DNA of 64,000 nt from the human T2T-CHM13v2.0 reference genome, Homo sapiens: NCBI RefSeq assembly GCF_009914755.1, contig NC_060937.1; one strand, given 5' to 3'. A program made the position numbers and the translations under genes. How positions within the stretch are numbered: position 1 is the first letter of the stretch; each line of letters begins with the position of its first letter. The notes below the pieces were generated by a model that was not told the origin of the DNA, made no database searches, and saw only the letters and a list, made by a program, of their open reading frames with translations. This document shows positions 29,088 through 44,780 of the stretch, in pieces.

Positions 29088-29206
29088 TAATGCTGACGTT
29101 TAGGGTACAAAATGATCTCGACACCCAGGTACTAAACATAGTACCCAACAGATAGTTTTTAAATCCTTTCCCTCCTCCCTACATCCCATATTTTGGAATC
29201 CCCAAT
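29088..29206 (+). repeat. Near-identical direct copy of 28552-28669
   Basis: taatgctgacgtttagggtac...ttttggaatccccaat, about 3 differences by eye. Confidence 0.95.
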
Positions 29207-29340
29207 CCAAACACAATCCCTTTTAAGTTTTGTGTTTTAAGTTTTCAAGAAACCTTCAAGCTGTTTTCCACAGTGGTTGAACTAACTTACATTCCCACCA
29301 ACAGTGTACAAGCATTTCATTTTCTTCACAGTTTTGCTAA

Positions 29341-29652
<312 letters not shown>

Positions 29653-32600
29653 TGTGTTTTGATTTTTAAATAGACATTCTGACTAGTGTGAGATGGTATC
29701 TCACTGGTTTTGTTTTGCAACTCTCTAATGACTAGTGATGTTGAGCATTTTTTTCATGTTTGTTGGCAGCTTGTATGTTTTCTTTTGAGAAGTGCCTGTT
29801 CACGTTCCTTGCCCACTTTTGAATGGAGTTATCTAGTTTTAGCTTGTTGATTTAAGTTTCTTATAGATTCTGGATATTAGACCTTTGTCGGATGCATGGT
29901 TTGTGAATATTTTCTTTTATTCTGTACGGTGTCTGCTTACTCTGTTGAGTGTTTCTTTGGCTGTGCAGAAGCTCTTTAGTTTAATTAGGTCCCAATAGTA
30001 CGTTTTTGTTTCATTTTGTTTTGTTTTTACAATGACTTTTGAGGTTCTAACCATGAATTATTTTCCAAAGCTGATGTCGAGAATAGTATCTCCAAGGTCT
30101 TCTTCTAGGATTTTTACACTTTTAGGTCTTACATTTAAATCTTTGATTCATCTTGAGTTTATTTTTTATATGGTGAAAGGTAGGAGTCCAGTTTCTTCTA
30201 CATATGACCAGCCAGTTATCCCAATAGCATTTATTAAATAAGAAGTCGTTCCCCAGTTGTTTATTTTTGTCAACTTTGTCAAAGATCAGACCACTGCAGG
30301 TACATAACTTCATTTCTGGGATCTCAACACTGTTTCATTGGTCTGTGTGTCTGTTCTTGTAGCAGTACCATGCTGTTTTGGTAACTATAGCTTTGTAGTA
30401 TAGTTTGAATTTGGGTAGTGTATGCCTCCAGCTTTGTTCATTTCACTTAGGATTGTTTTGTCTCTTTGGGCTCTTTTGTAGCTTTATATGAATTTTAGAA
30501 TAGTTTTTTCCCCTAATTCTGTGAAAAAATGATGTTCAAAATGAGTTTGATTGAAATAGCTTTGAATCTATAAATTGCTTTGGGCAGTGTGGCCATTTTA
30601 ACAATATTGATTCTTCCAATACATTAGAATGGAATGTTTTTCTATTTGTGTCATCTGTGATTTCTTTAAGCAGTTGTTTCCAGTTATCCTTGTAGATATC
30701 TTTTATGTGTTTGGTTAGACGTATTCCCAGATATTTTATGTATTTGTTTGGCTATTATAAAGGGAACTGTGTTCTTGATTTGGCTCTCAGTTTGAATGCT
30801 GTCAGTGTAGAAATACTGCTGATTTTTTCTCCTGAAACTTTAACGAAGTCATTTATCAGTTCTAAAAAACTTTTGGTGGAGTCTGTATGGTTTCCTAAGT
30901 ATAGAATCATATTGCCGTTGAAGACAGATAGTTTGACTTCCCTTTTCCTGTTTGGATGAATAGGAGTGGTGAGAGTGGCCATCCTCATCTTGTTCCTGTT
31001 CTCGAGGGGAATGCTTCCAGCTTTTGCCCATTCAGTATGCTGTTGGCTCTGGGCTTGTCATAGTTGGCTCTTATTATTTTGAGGAATGCTCCTTCAGTGT
31101 TTAGTTTGTTAAGGGTTTTTATCATGAAGGGATGTTGGATTTTATTGGAAGACTTCCCTGAATCTATTGACATGATCATATGATTTTTGTTTTTAACTTT
31201 ATGTGGTAAATCACATTTATTGATTTGCATATGTTGAACCAGGCTCGCATCCCAGGAATAAAGCTTACTTGATTATGATGAATTAACTTTTTGATATACT
31301 GATGAATTCAGTTCACCAGTGTTTTCTTGAGAATATATGTGTCTATGTCCATTAGGGATATTGGCTTGTAATTTTCTTTTTTGGTTGTGCCTTTTTCAGC
31401 TTTTGGTATCAGGGTGATGCTAGCTTCATAGAATGAATTACAGAAGCATCTCTTTCTCTAGTTTTTGGAATAATTTCAGCAGAATTGGTTTCAACACTTT
31501 TTGTGTATCTGGCAGAATTCACTTGTGAATTCATTTTGTCTAGGGCTTTTTTATTTTCTGATTCATAAGTTTTTTTATATTACTGATTCAGTACATGATC
31601 TCAATATGTTCAGGCTTTCTATTTCTTCCTTATTCTAACTTGGGAGGTTTGTGTTTCCAATAATATATTCATTTCTTCCAGATTTTCTAGTGGATGTGCA
31701 TAGAAACTTTCTGAGAATTTTTTTTATTTCTGTGGGATTGGTTGTAATGTCACTTTTGTTGTTTCTGATGGTGCTTATTTGGATATATTTTCTTTTTTTC
31801 TGTTAATCCGCTAACTATCTGTTGATCTTGGTTTCCTTTGAAAGAAACAACTTTTGGATTTCTTGATACTTTGAATTTTTGGGTCTCAATCTTATTCACT
31901 TCTGCTCTGGTTTTCGTTATTTATTTTCTTCTATTAGCTTTGGGATTAGCTTATTCTTGTTTTTCTATTTCCTAGGTGCAATGTTAGGTCATTAATTTAA
32001 GATCTTTCTAAATTCTCAGTGTAGGTGTTTAACAGTATAAACTTTCCTACTAACTGTACTTTTAGTAAATTTTTGAAGTTAGATCTCTGGTAAGCAAGTG
32101 AGCAAATTAAAATTACCATCTAGGCATCTATAACGAGTTGATATGTTTTGTTTTCTATAATTCTAGGAAGCTCATAAATTAATTTATTCTAGAACTTTTT
32201 TCTTTTCCATTAAGTAATTGATATTTCAGGTTGAACCTAAACTGAACTTAACATTTGATACATACGTGTTTTGACCTGCCTAAGTCAGTCCCAAATGAGC
32301 TTAATGCCTAAAGTGTCCTTTCAAGTTGTTATTTTTGTTTTACAGGGAGCAAGCAATCCCCAGAGGAAAATTACATTAATAAATATGCCCAGTGGCTTCT
32401 AGGTATTGCTGTTGAATGGCATTATTATTTTGTTTGTATGTGGTGTGTGCTGTAGGGGAAAATCATATTTGTATATCGGCACCTATATAGTTTATTATCT
32501 TCTCCGAGGAATTTTTTATTATTTTATAAGTCTCTTCAGATTTCAGTGGGATTCAATGTGAATAAAACAATTTAAGATATTCAAATAGCCATGAATTCAA

Positions 32601-33159
32601 TTTATCTTTTTGAGACTGTAAACTGAACTCATCCGTTCCCACAATATTTATTTATTTTATATCCCTTGTAAATTTTGGAAGATGAGGAGGGATTTTTGTA
32701 TTCTAGTATACACTTATATGGCCTTTCTATATAAAAATCATGATTTACAGCATTTATAAAAAATCAGAAAAGAAGCCAACACTATGTAGAAAATAAATCT
32801 GATAATTGCATGTTTCATAAACGGTATGAGCGTTAGAAAAGATGAATGACAGGGCTATAATTCAGTGTATCATAGTGAGTATATAAAAATGAAACATATT
32901 TTTATGTTTTATGATACCGCTAGAATTTCATGATGGATATATAGTTCTATAACTCAGAGTAATCTGTTACTGGGTCCATGTTTAATTTCATTGTTTATAT
33001 AAAGACGTTATTATAATAAGAAGTGCTCTCAAAGACAGGAAAGAGCAGGGTAACATTATGCGTATGTCATCATTCATATATTAGTGAAGAGAGAGTACAC
33101 AGTAGTAGATTAATCATTAAATAAAAAAATAAGAAAAACCATGTAATATATCCTCTTGC

Positions 33160-33590
33160 TTGAAAGTCATTATGTTAAGTGAAATAAGACAGGTAGAGAA
33201 AGACAAATATCACATGTTTTCTTTAATATTTGATAGCTAAAATAGTATATCTCATGGAAATAGTGAGTAGAATGCTGGTAACCATAGACTGGAGGAAAAG
33301 GGGTAGGTGGAATGAAAAGAATTGTTTAAGGATTACAGAAATACAGCTAGCTAAAATGAATAGGTTCTAGTATTTAATAGTATAGGAGAAAATTGTAGTT
33401 AACAAAAATTTGTGTATATTTCAAAATAGTTAAAAGAGAAAATTTGTAGTGTTCCTAATACAAAGAAAAAGGTTTGAGGTGATGGTTATTTCAATTATTT
33501 GGATTTGATAATTACACATTGTGTACAGGATCAAAATATTTCATGTATCTACAAACATGTACAACTATTATATATCAATTTTAAAATGAA
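33160..33590 (+). mobile_element. L1MA 3' UTR
   Basis: attatgttaagtgaaataagacagg...gaggtgatggttatttcaatta...catgtacaactattatatatcaat. Confidence 0.82.
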
Positions 33591-34407
33591 AAAGGTTTTT
33601 TATTTATAAGCATTCATGACAATTCATGATTTGTTTAAGTTGTTATCATTTATTTAAGAAAAGTTATAATAATAACTCAACCCAAAGGGAAAAATGTTTT
33701 TAATACATAGAGGCTTTTAGTCGTAGAGGTTTAAAAAATTAAAATTCAAATAACAAATATTTTATTTCAGAGAAATACAATAGATCATCAATACAGACTT
33801 TCAAGCATGAAAATATATTAAGGTAACAAAATTTTGTGAGGTGAAAGAAGGTAACTTCAAGAAGAAGAAAAAAGAATGTAAACTTTCCCAATAATAAAAA
33901 ATGTTTTGTTCTCATATTTTTAAAACAAATTATAATGACTATTAAATTACTATTCCATCAGGCATTGGAAAAATGAGGTAATGCTTTTATATATAAATTT
34001 TAGAAAATTGCATCCTTTGCCACTCTTTCAATTTCTGATGAAAAATTTACATCAGAAAATGTGCAAGTGAGCACATGGTTTTGCAAATTCTTTTAGGTGC
34101 TTCGTGAGCAAAAAGTTTGAAAACCGTTGGCATTATAGTTTATACTAATTTTTTTAAGGATATCTGTACAAGTGCTAACTGAATAATTAAGGCAATTCTT
34201 CAAGAATAATTACAATTTTGAATATCTCTTTTACTGGGAACTAATTGAAAAAAAAAGTTTTATACCTGTCACTTATCTGCATAATTGACTCACTTTCATA
34301 AATGTGTAGATATTTATGTATAGTTTTAATCTACATGATGGATACAGGAAAGCAAAGTTCTTTTCTGGTGGCACATACAAATGACTTTTTCTTCCTTGTT
34401 GCTTCTA

Positions 34408-34487
34408 TTAGGTTGGTGCAAAAGAAATTGCGGTTTTTGCCACTAGCTTCAATAGCAAAAACCGCAATTACTTTTGCAACAACCTAA
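34408..34487. mobile_element. MADE1 (Hsmar1-derived MITE), 80-bp palindrome with TA TSD
   Basis: ta-ttaggttggtgcaaaagaaattgcggtttttgc...gcaaaaaccgcaattacttttgcaacaacctaa-ta. Confidence 0.95.
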
Positions 34488-34884
34488 TACTACTCCATTC
34501 TTATATGTCTGTGCATGCCATTTCATACAATGAATTTGGTCACCAGAGAAGATATAGGTGTAGCGATGTAGGAAAATAATATTTATTGAATGAATTTAAT
34601 TTTTCTTATATAAACACAGTTAAAAATGTCAAATTTCTGAAATGTAAAGTCTTTGTTTGATATTTCCATCTGAGTCATCTTAAGGTTGAAATCTCTTGAT
34701 TTCATTTTGCCTTGAGAATTTTTCACAGTTTCTTGGCTTTTTGTAGGTGAATAACTTTGGATTGTATCCTGGACAATTTAAATATTATATTGTGAGTCTC
34801 TCATGCCTGTTAAAATTATCTGGATAATGTTGATTTTTGTTAGCTTGTTTTATTATGAAATCAGCTTGACTAGATTCAGATGGT

Positions 34885-36350
<1,466 letters not shown>

Positions 36351-36441
36351 AGAAAAACTAAGAGTCATTTTTATTATATAATATAAACACCTAAGATCAC
36401 ACAAAAAAATACAGACCTTAAGAGTGAACTCCTTTCTTATT

Positions 36442-36530
36442 CCTCCTAATAAACTTATCATGGAGTTGCAAGGGGTGAGAGTAAGGGTATAAATCACTTC
36501 AGAAAGCAAGGGTGTTTTGAAGTGCTAATA
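36442..36530 (+). repeat. 89-bp segment duplicated at 38290-38378
   Basis: cctcct.ataaacttat.atggagt.gcaag...ttttgaagtgctaata; ungapped, about 11 mismatches. Confidence 0.88.
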
Positions 36531-36889
36531 TTCACTTTGTGTGAACTGAAATATTTATAGCAGGTCCATGAGTGAACTCCATAACTTTTGAGAAAAATTG
36601 CTGATTAAGCCTTGTAACAGAAAATATTTTTTGAAATATCTATGTATTTATATATTAGTCAAAATGATGTAAAATATATTTTACCAATAAAATTAACAAA
36701 AATATGTCAACTGGCTAATATTTACCAGCAACTGAAAATTAGCAGATTGATACAAATTTGAGTTTCAGTCTAATGGTTTATTTAATAAGTGATCACTGAC
36801 TTCATTAAAAATAATGAGAAAAATTAGAAACTCTAAGTTTATCATTTATACTTGACATTTTGTCTGAATTAAAAAAAACACTAAACTAA

Positions 36890-37910
<1,021 letters not shown>

Positions 37911-38890
37911 AATATAATTATTTTATTTGTAAAAATAATTTAAAAAGCAGAGACTTAATATTTTTAAAAAACATGATTAATCACAATTTTATTTTATTCT
38001 ACTAATTTGATGTCCTGGTGTAGTAGTATTCCACATTAATAAGAGCTATGTAAACCCAATATGGATTTAAGCTAAATACTTCTTGAATTTACATTAAGGA
38101 ATGATTGACCAACTAAAGATAAGAGAAGTAATTGCAATAATACAGGGGAAAATATTTTTCTGAAATGTATCTTAAGAGATTTAAGATTAAAATAACATAA
38201 TATACACGTAGTATTTGACATACTAGTAAATGATTTATAATGAAATAGCCATCATTGTTATTTGATTAGTTTGATTATGTTTTTTTATGCCTCCTGATAA
38301 ACTTATTATGGAGTGGCAAGTGGTGAGAGTGAGCATATAAATCACTTCAAAAGGCAAGGATATTTTGAAGTGCTAATAATTGATTAGCTTGCAGAGAAAA
38401 TTGAGTTAGAATGAATATGTACATTAGAAAACTTCAAAATTCAAGGTTTCGAAGTTGTATATCATTAGTATATTATTGCAAAGTATATTTTCTTCCTTAG
38501 TTGTATGTACTAAATATGTGCAAACCAAAATAATCAGAACAAAACTTGCCATTCGGTTATTGTCATATTCTCTTTATCATAGAAATAGGCAGTGTTTAAT
38601 GTATGGTGAACCAATTTGCTAATCTGATCGTTTACATATCCTTTGCTGAAGATCAATGCACATCTCTTTCACCACTGCCTTTATTGATTTTTCTATCTGT
38701 TAGGCTATCTTTGCTGACCATCTTGTAAGTACTTCATTCAATGGATGTTATCTACCTTTGCTCTAATTGTCTACCAATTTACCTATTGTTTTAAAGTTTT
38801 TAGTCAATCCTAGGTATAGAAGGTGATCTGTAGTAGAGGATATTAGTGGTGGATTGTCATGCTCCAACTTGTTCTCTATTGTTAAGATGT

Positions 38891-39341
38891 AGATACGGTT
38901 TCCATGTGTGTTTCCTCCGAATCTCATGTTGAAATGTGATCTTCAGTGTTGGAGGTGGGGCCTAGTGCGAGGTGTTTGGGTCTTGCAGACAGATCTCTGA
39001 TGAATGACTTGGTGCCCTCCTGGCAGTAATGAGTGATTTTTTGCTCTGATTAGTTTAAAACAACAACTGATTGTTTTAAAAATGTGAGATTTGGTTGTTT
39101 AAAAGAGTGTGGCACATTTTCCGCCCTTCTCTCTTGCTTCTTTACTTGCCATGTGATTTGAAGGCTCCTCCTTTGCCTTCTGCCCTGATTATAAGTTACC
39201 TGAGATCCTCATTAGAAGCAGATGCCTGTACTGTACTTTTTGTGCAGCCTGAAGTACCATGAGACAAATAACTATTTATTTCTTTATAAATTACCCAACC
39301 TCAGGTATTTCTTTAAAGCAATGCAAAAATGGACTAATGCA
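38891..39341 (+). mobile_element. MSTB-type solo LTR
   Basis: atctcatgttgaaatgtgatcttcagtgttggaggtggggcct...aattacccaacctcaggtatttcttt...ggactaatgca. Confidence 0.85.
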
Positions 39342-39405
39342 GGTATCTTGAGTGGTTATATGGCTGGGCAAGAGATGTGGAGTAGAAAACCAGCCAGAGT
39401 AACAA

Positions 39406-41143
39406 TGTCCTGTGATTCATGGGGTGACGCTTTTCTGGCTAGAAATCTCTGTGGTCGGTGGTGCCTTTGCCCAAGTTTTGTTCGTGCCAGCTAGGTTCGT
39501 TCCACCCACTTGGTCTGGCAGGCTGCCCTTAGCTCGCACTCCCAGCCTGAATCCCATGCCTACCAAGAGCTAGTGGAGCGGCGAGGGCTGTGTGCGCAAG
39601 GAAGCATGGGGTCCAGCCACCGCACACAGTCAGGCACACTGGCTGCAGCGGGGCTGGCAGCTCCCGGCACTGGCTCTTTGTGAGGCTACAGCTTGACCAG
39701 GTGTACTGCAAGCAGCTTCCACAGCTGGCACCGGGAATGCGGTGACACCCGGAAACTTGGGCAGCCCGGAAACTTGGAGACTTCAGGAACCGCACAGCCC
39801 CAAAAAGGGTATCACAGCCCTGGCTCAGGGAACTCGTAGGTCTGGGCTCTCTCAAGAAACTTCTAGGTCTGGACTGTCTCTGCAGCTGTTCTCTCCCCTT
39901 TTTTCCCTCCTTCTCATCACCCGCAACATGGTGAGCAAGGGTCATGTTTCAGCCTTGTTTGTGTTATAGCTCTTTTAGCCCCGCCATTTGGCAGGGCTCA
40001 AGTTCTTGTCCCGCGTCCGGGAAGAGTGAGGTATGCAGACAAGTGGAGGGCGAGCAAGCTGAAGAGGAGCTTTATTAAGGGACAGAACAGCTCAGAGGAG
40101 ACCTGCATTGGGTAGCTCCTCTGTGCAGGCAGGGTGTCCCAACAAGTGTTCAGCTTTCAGTGGAGAGGAGACCCTGAAGTGGGTAGTTCCTCTCCACAGG
40201 CAAGTTGCCAGTTGCCTCTGAGTCTGGCTGCGGGTGGGCAGGGTTGTTGGGCTTCGAGGGGGCGGGGCGGAGTGTGTGCTGATGGGTTCATGGGCAGCAT
40301 GGGTGAGCCCAGAAAAGACATCTTAAGTTCCCATTCTGGTCCATCAGCCCAGACCCTAGGCTTCAGGCTGTCCATCACTTGAAGGTGGGGCTTCACTGGG
40401 GACCCCCACTTTCTACCCAGCAGCCTGTCTGACTCCTGTGGTTGCCCAGGTTATTTCTGCCAAGGGGCAGCTGCAGTCCAGCGCTGAGCCACCCTCAACA
40501 CCCCTTCAGCCTCCCTTCTGTGCCTGTTGGCACCCAACATCTGGAGAGGGCTGAGGCGCAGGGGGCTGGCATGTCAGCCCTGCCTCAAGCTTACGCACAT
40601 CCAGCCGGGTTGCAACAGCTCCTGGGCTCCGCCTCAATTTTGCTCCAAGATTGAAGTGGACACGGAGCAGGAGGAGGCCAGGCTGAGGGAGCAGGCAGTT
40701 CCAAGCCTGTGGAGCAGGCGCCAGGAGCGGGGAGAGGCCAGACAGTGGGGGCAGGCATTTCTGAGCCTGTGGAGCAGGTGCCAGGAGCCAGGAGAAGGCA
40801 GGGAGTGAGAGCAGGTATTTCTGAGCCTGCTCGGAGAGGGAAGGCCTTTTTGGGCCCCTAAGAGTGTAGAGATGCTTGGGTCCACAGCCATTGCCTGGAC
40901 GGCTGCAGCTGCGCCCAGGAAGCGTGAGGCTCCTGCCTGTTCCTGGCCCCCAGGAGTACAGGGATGCCCAGGTCCACAGCCTCAGGTGGGAGGCTGCAGG
41001 TGGGATAGAGCTCCTGCCCTGCCAACTCAGAAGGGGCTCGGCTTCCGCCTGTTCCCAGCTCCTGCCAACTCTGTGGAGCGTGCAGGCCCTGCTGTGCCTC
41101 CCCGGCTGCAGCAGCCCCTCCAGACAGGTCACCGATGCCATCA
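39406..41143 (-). mobile_element. MER52-family ERV1 solo LTR, ~1.74 kb, GC-rich
   Basis: TG...CA termini (tgtcctgtgattcatggggtgacgc ... ctccagacaggtcaccgatgccatca); ctttatt = minus-strand polyA signal at ~40070; 4-bp TSD acaa/gcaa. Confidence 0.82.
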
Positions 41144-41459
41144 GCAAGAACAACTCTATCACCTTTTCTCTAATTTTCTTTTGCTTTCTTTTGGTCAGTT
41201 AGAAAAAAAGCTACAGGGAAAAATTAGATGACTTTTAAAAATAAATGTCTATCTGTGCAAATATTTCTTTACAAACTCATAAAATATTTTCTTAAGCAGT
41301 TTGATAAAAATATCATGCACCAAAGTAGAATAAAAACATTAGTTACTGCTAACCCTGAAAAGATCAATTTAATATTTTATAGTTCAGGAAAAAAGCAATT
41401 TTAATTATAAATCATTCGGAAATATTTAAAAGGAATTAAAATTTTTCATTTTTATTCTC

Positions 41460-41492
41460 CACTTGATCTTAGTCAAAAGGCCGAGAAGTGAT
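41460..41492 (-). pseudogene. 3'-truncated (tailless) U2 snRNA retropseudogene, U2 nt 1-33
   Basis: Reverse complement ATCACTTCTCGGCCTTTTGACTAAGATCAAGTG vs U2 ATCGCTTCTCGGCCTTTTGGCTAAGATCAAGTG (2 mismatches); TSD tcatttttattct at 41446-41458 and 41493-41505. Confidence 0.93.
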
Positions 41493-42089
41493 TCATTTTT
41501 ATTCTTCACATGACAACATAATGAGCTAAATTTTAAAAAGGAGGGGAAAGCCGAGCCAAATCAAACGCTTATTCCTTAAGAATAAACCTAGTTGTTAGCC
41601 ACATAAAGTATCGTTTTCAGAAGTTGGAGCATCTTAAATGCTTTATAAACTGTTTTGCATACACAATTCACTGTATAGTCAGTATATTGATTTTGAAAAT
41701 TCCTGTGTTTCCATTTAGAGAAACAGTTAAAATATAATTTTTGGTTAAGAGTGGAACCCAATTGTTCCAGAACTAATTCTTCTCTGTAATAAATATAAAA
41801 CATTATATTGACTAAAACAATGGGTTTGTGCATGTACATTTAATTCATAAAAATCAGATCATCTTAAAGGAAATATACAGTTTCTTTTCATTTTGTCCTA
41901 AAATGACAGTTATAATAAATTACCAACAGAAGCCAACTGTGTAGTCTAAGGCTAGCATAGTGATTATTTGTAGGATTTGCTGGTCTAAGACCAGAAATAT
42001 GCCAACATAAAGTAAGGTAAAAGGGAAAGAGAAAATGAGGGACTTCTCTGATATTTGGTAGCTAACATTTATGGAATCCTTAGAGAATT

Positions 42090-43290
42090 ATACAATGGCA
42101 GCCATTCTTATCTATTGTTTTTTCCTGTTACTTCTGATAAAGAAGTGCTCTTCTGCTTTGAAATCTACTTACCATAGGAATTAGTTCATGGAAAATTTGG
42201 TTTGCCTTTATTCTGAACTTTGCTAACCTGTCCATAGATGATACCTTAAAGTGTTGGTTTAACTGTTATCACTCTTTCTGTTTCAATGATTTTGAAACAC
42301 TTCATTCATTTGTGTAGAACAGAATATATATCTGGTATCATTTTCTTACAGTATGAACAACTTCCTGCAACATTTCTTGTTATGCAGATCTAATTGTGAT
42401 ACGTATTCTCTGTGCTGTCTTTTTAAAATTTACTTTCATTTTTGAATTTTTTCCTGGACATAGAATTCTAAGTGGACAGTTTGGTTTCATTTTTCCCTTG
42501 GTCTGTACTATGTCTGTTGGTTTGTGTGAATTCAGAGAAGTCTGAGGAAGCATTGCACAATGTTACTCAGAACAAATTGTTCTCCCCCCTTCCCTTTAAT
42601 TTTAAAATTTAATCACTGATTTTTGGAAATTTGAATATAATGTACCTTGGTTTGATTTTTTTACGTTTATATATCTTGGGAATTATTGATTTTCTTGAGT
42701 TTGTAAATTTAGATTGTTGTTCAATTTAGAAAATATTTGGTAATTTTTTTCTTCAAATACTTTTACGTTCCCTCAACCAACCTACTTCTAGAGATTGCTT
42801 GATATTATCTTCTTCATCTATAATGATCTTTTCATTATTTTAAAATCTTTTGTCTCTCTTTGTGTTGTATTTGAATAGTTACCATTTCTGTGGCTTTGGT
42901 GCACTGATTTATTTTCTTCTCCTGAAATTTATTTATCATAAATCTCATCTGGTGAACTTTTTATTAAATTAATTAAAATTTCTATCTCCAAAATTTTTAT
43001 TTTTAATACTCTTTATATTTAACCTTATTATATTAATCTTTTACTTAAATCATTAAGCATATTTATAATATTTAGAGTAACATGTTTAAATGTTTCTCTG
43101 TTAATTTTATCTCTACATATTTGTATTTTTTTTTTCTATTCTTGGGGCATATTATACCAGTCCTTTTCATATTTACAGTTTTGGATAGAATGCTATATTG
43201 TGAATTTTACATTGTTAATTGCTGGATTTGGTTGATATATTTTGTAGTGCTGGACATTATTGGTAGCAGAGAATTAATTTACTTATGGAT
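42090..43290 (-). mobile_element. Ancient L1M ORF1/inter-ORF region
   Basis: tctggtatcattttc...caacatttcttg...ggacatagaattctaagtggacag...caatttagaaaatatttgg. Confidence 0.6.
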
Positions 43291-44029
43291 CTAACCAATA
43301 TTTACTAAATAATTGTTATGTGTAAGACATTCGAGTTACAAACATAAAGCACACATTTCATAACCAATACCTAGGGAGGGGACAATTGTAAAAAATACAT
43401 GACTAAATACAATGTAATATTTATTATCGTGGAAATGTGATGGGGTTTGGTAAGGGTATCTGAGAAGAATATTATGTTTCTTAGTGAAAGGCAGGGAAAA
43501 ACATAGAGGAGCCAATACTGAAAATAACCTCTAAAAACCTCTTAAAAATTAAATGTAAAGTTTCCAAGAAAGGAAACAGAAAAAGACTCTATATGTAAGG
43601 ACTCATATGTATGAGAAAAAAATGTGTGCTGAAGCAACTGAAAGATAAGAGTGGGAAGAAGAGAAAAAACATGGAACAATGAAATGTGATAGAAAATCTA
43701 ATAAAAAAGATTGATTATATTTTAAAAAGTTATATCTTTTGTGCTGCTTTTTTATGTAAAATATCATATAAAATTAAACTGAGAATACTTCAGAGGGGAG
43801 GAAGTGAATAAAGTTACAATGCTCAAAAGTATTTAGTGAATGTTCTAACATATGCTAGACTTTATAAGATAAGGATATATGTTGTAACCTTTAGGGCACC
43901 CACTGAAAGAATATTGAAATATTGTGAAAATAATAAGGATGATTACTTAGAAGCCTGGAACTATATGTATTTAATATGAGTAAAGAAATTTATTTAATGT
44001 AGTGTTCTATCAATTAAATATTTGCAGAA

Positions 44030-44780
44030 AAATAAAATTTGACTTATCTCTAAGTATGCCACAAAATCAGTTCTTGGTAGATTATAGAACTAAATGAACA
44101 AATAAAACCATAAATTATATGTAATTTGTTGAAAATCACATAAATTTTAATTTATATAATTACATATTACATATATAATATCTTCAGTGTCTTAGGTTGT
44201 TAAATATTTGTTTTAAAACACACAAAAACATTATCCACAAAATAATAAATTTTATTATTATACTACTAATAAAGATATTTGTTCATTTAAAAAACAATTA
44301 AAAGGGAAAAGACAAGTAAAGAGTTTGAGAAGTTATTAATATTTGCAGTGCCTATAACAACCAAAGGACTTGCATCTGGAATATATAAAATAAGTCTGTA
44401 AATTACTGAGAAAGGAAGAAGACTAGGAACTCTAATACACATACCTCTTACTACTATTATGCCAAGGAAAAGGATTCCTGAATCATACAATATATGAACT
44501 GTGAAATGATCGTATTTAAAAGGCAATGCTAAACTCTTTTAGAGCATTTGCACCAATTTAGAATTCCATCAGCAATCTGTAAATCATCATTCTTGACCAT
44601 TTCTTTAACATTTAAATTTTTGCCAAGAAAATAGGTATAGAATATTATTTTTGTGGTCTTGATTTGCATTTCCTTGACTAGCAAAGATATTAAAAATTAC
44701 TTTACATATTTATTGGTCATTTCCGTTTCATCTGTGAAATATCTGTTCAAGTCTCTTGTCCATTTTTCTGTGGATCCTTT
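44030..44780. mobile_element. Old L1M ORF2-end fragments in both orientations
   Basis: Plus: aaaggacttgcatctggaatatataaa; minus: gtggtcttgatttgcatttccttgacta...gaaatatctgttcaagtctctt. Confidence 0.6.

Noticed and set aside
40690-40830. Spaced ~60-bp repeats, superficially array-like
   Set aside because: Degenerate tandem units inside the LTR, without unique spacers; not CRISPR.
40506-41162. Longest ORF (218 aa) and overlapping ORFs
   Set aside because: Lies within the GC-rich MER52 LTR, which has few stop codons; no recognisable domain.
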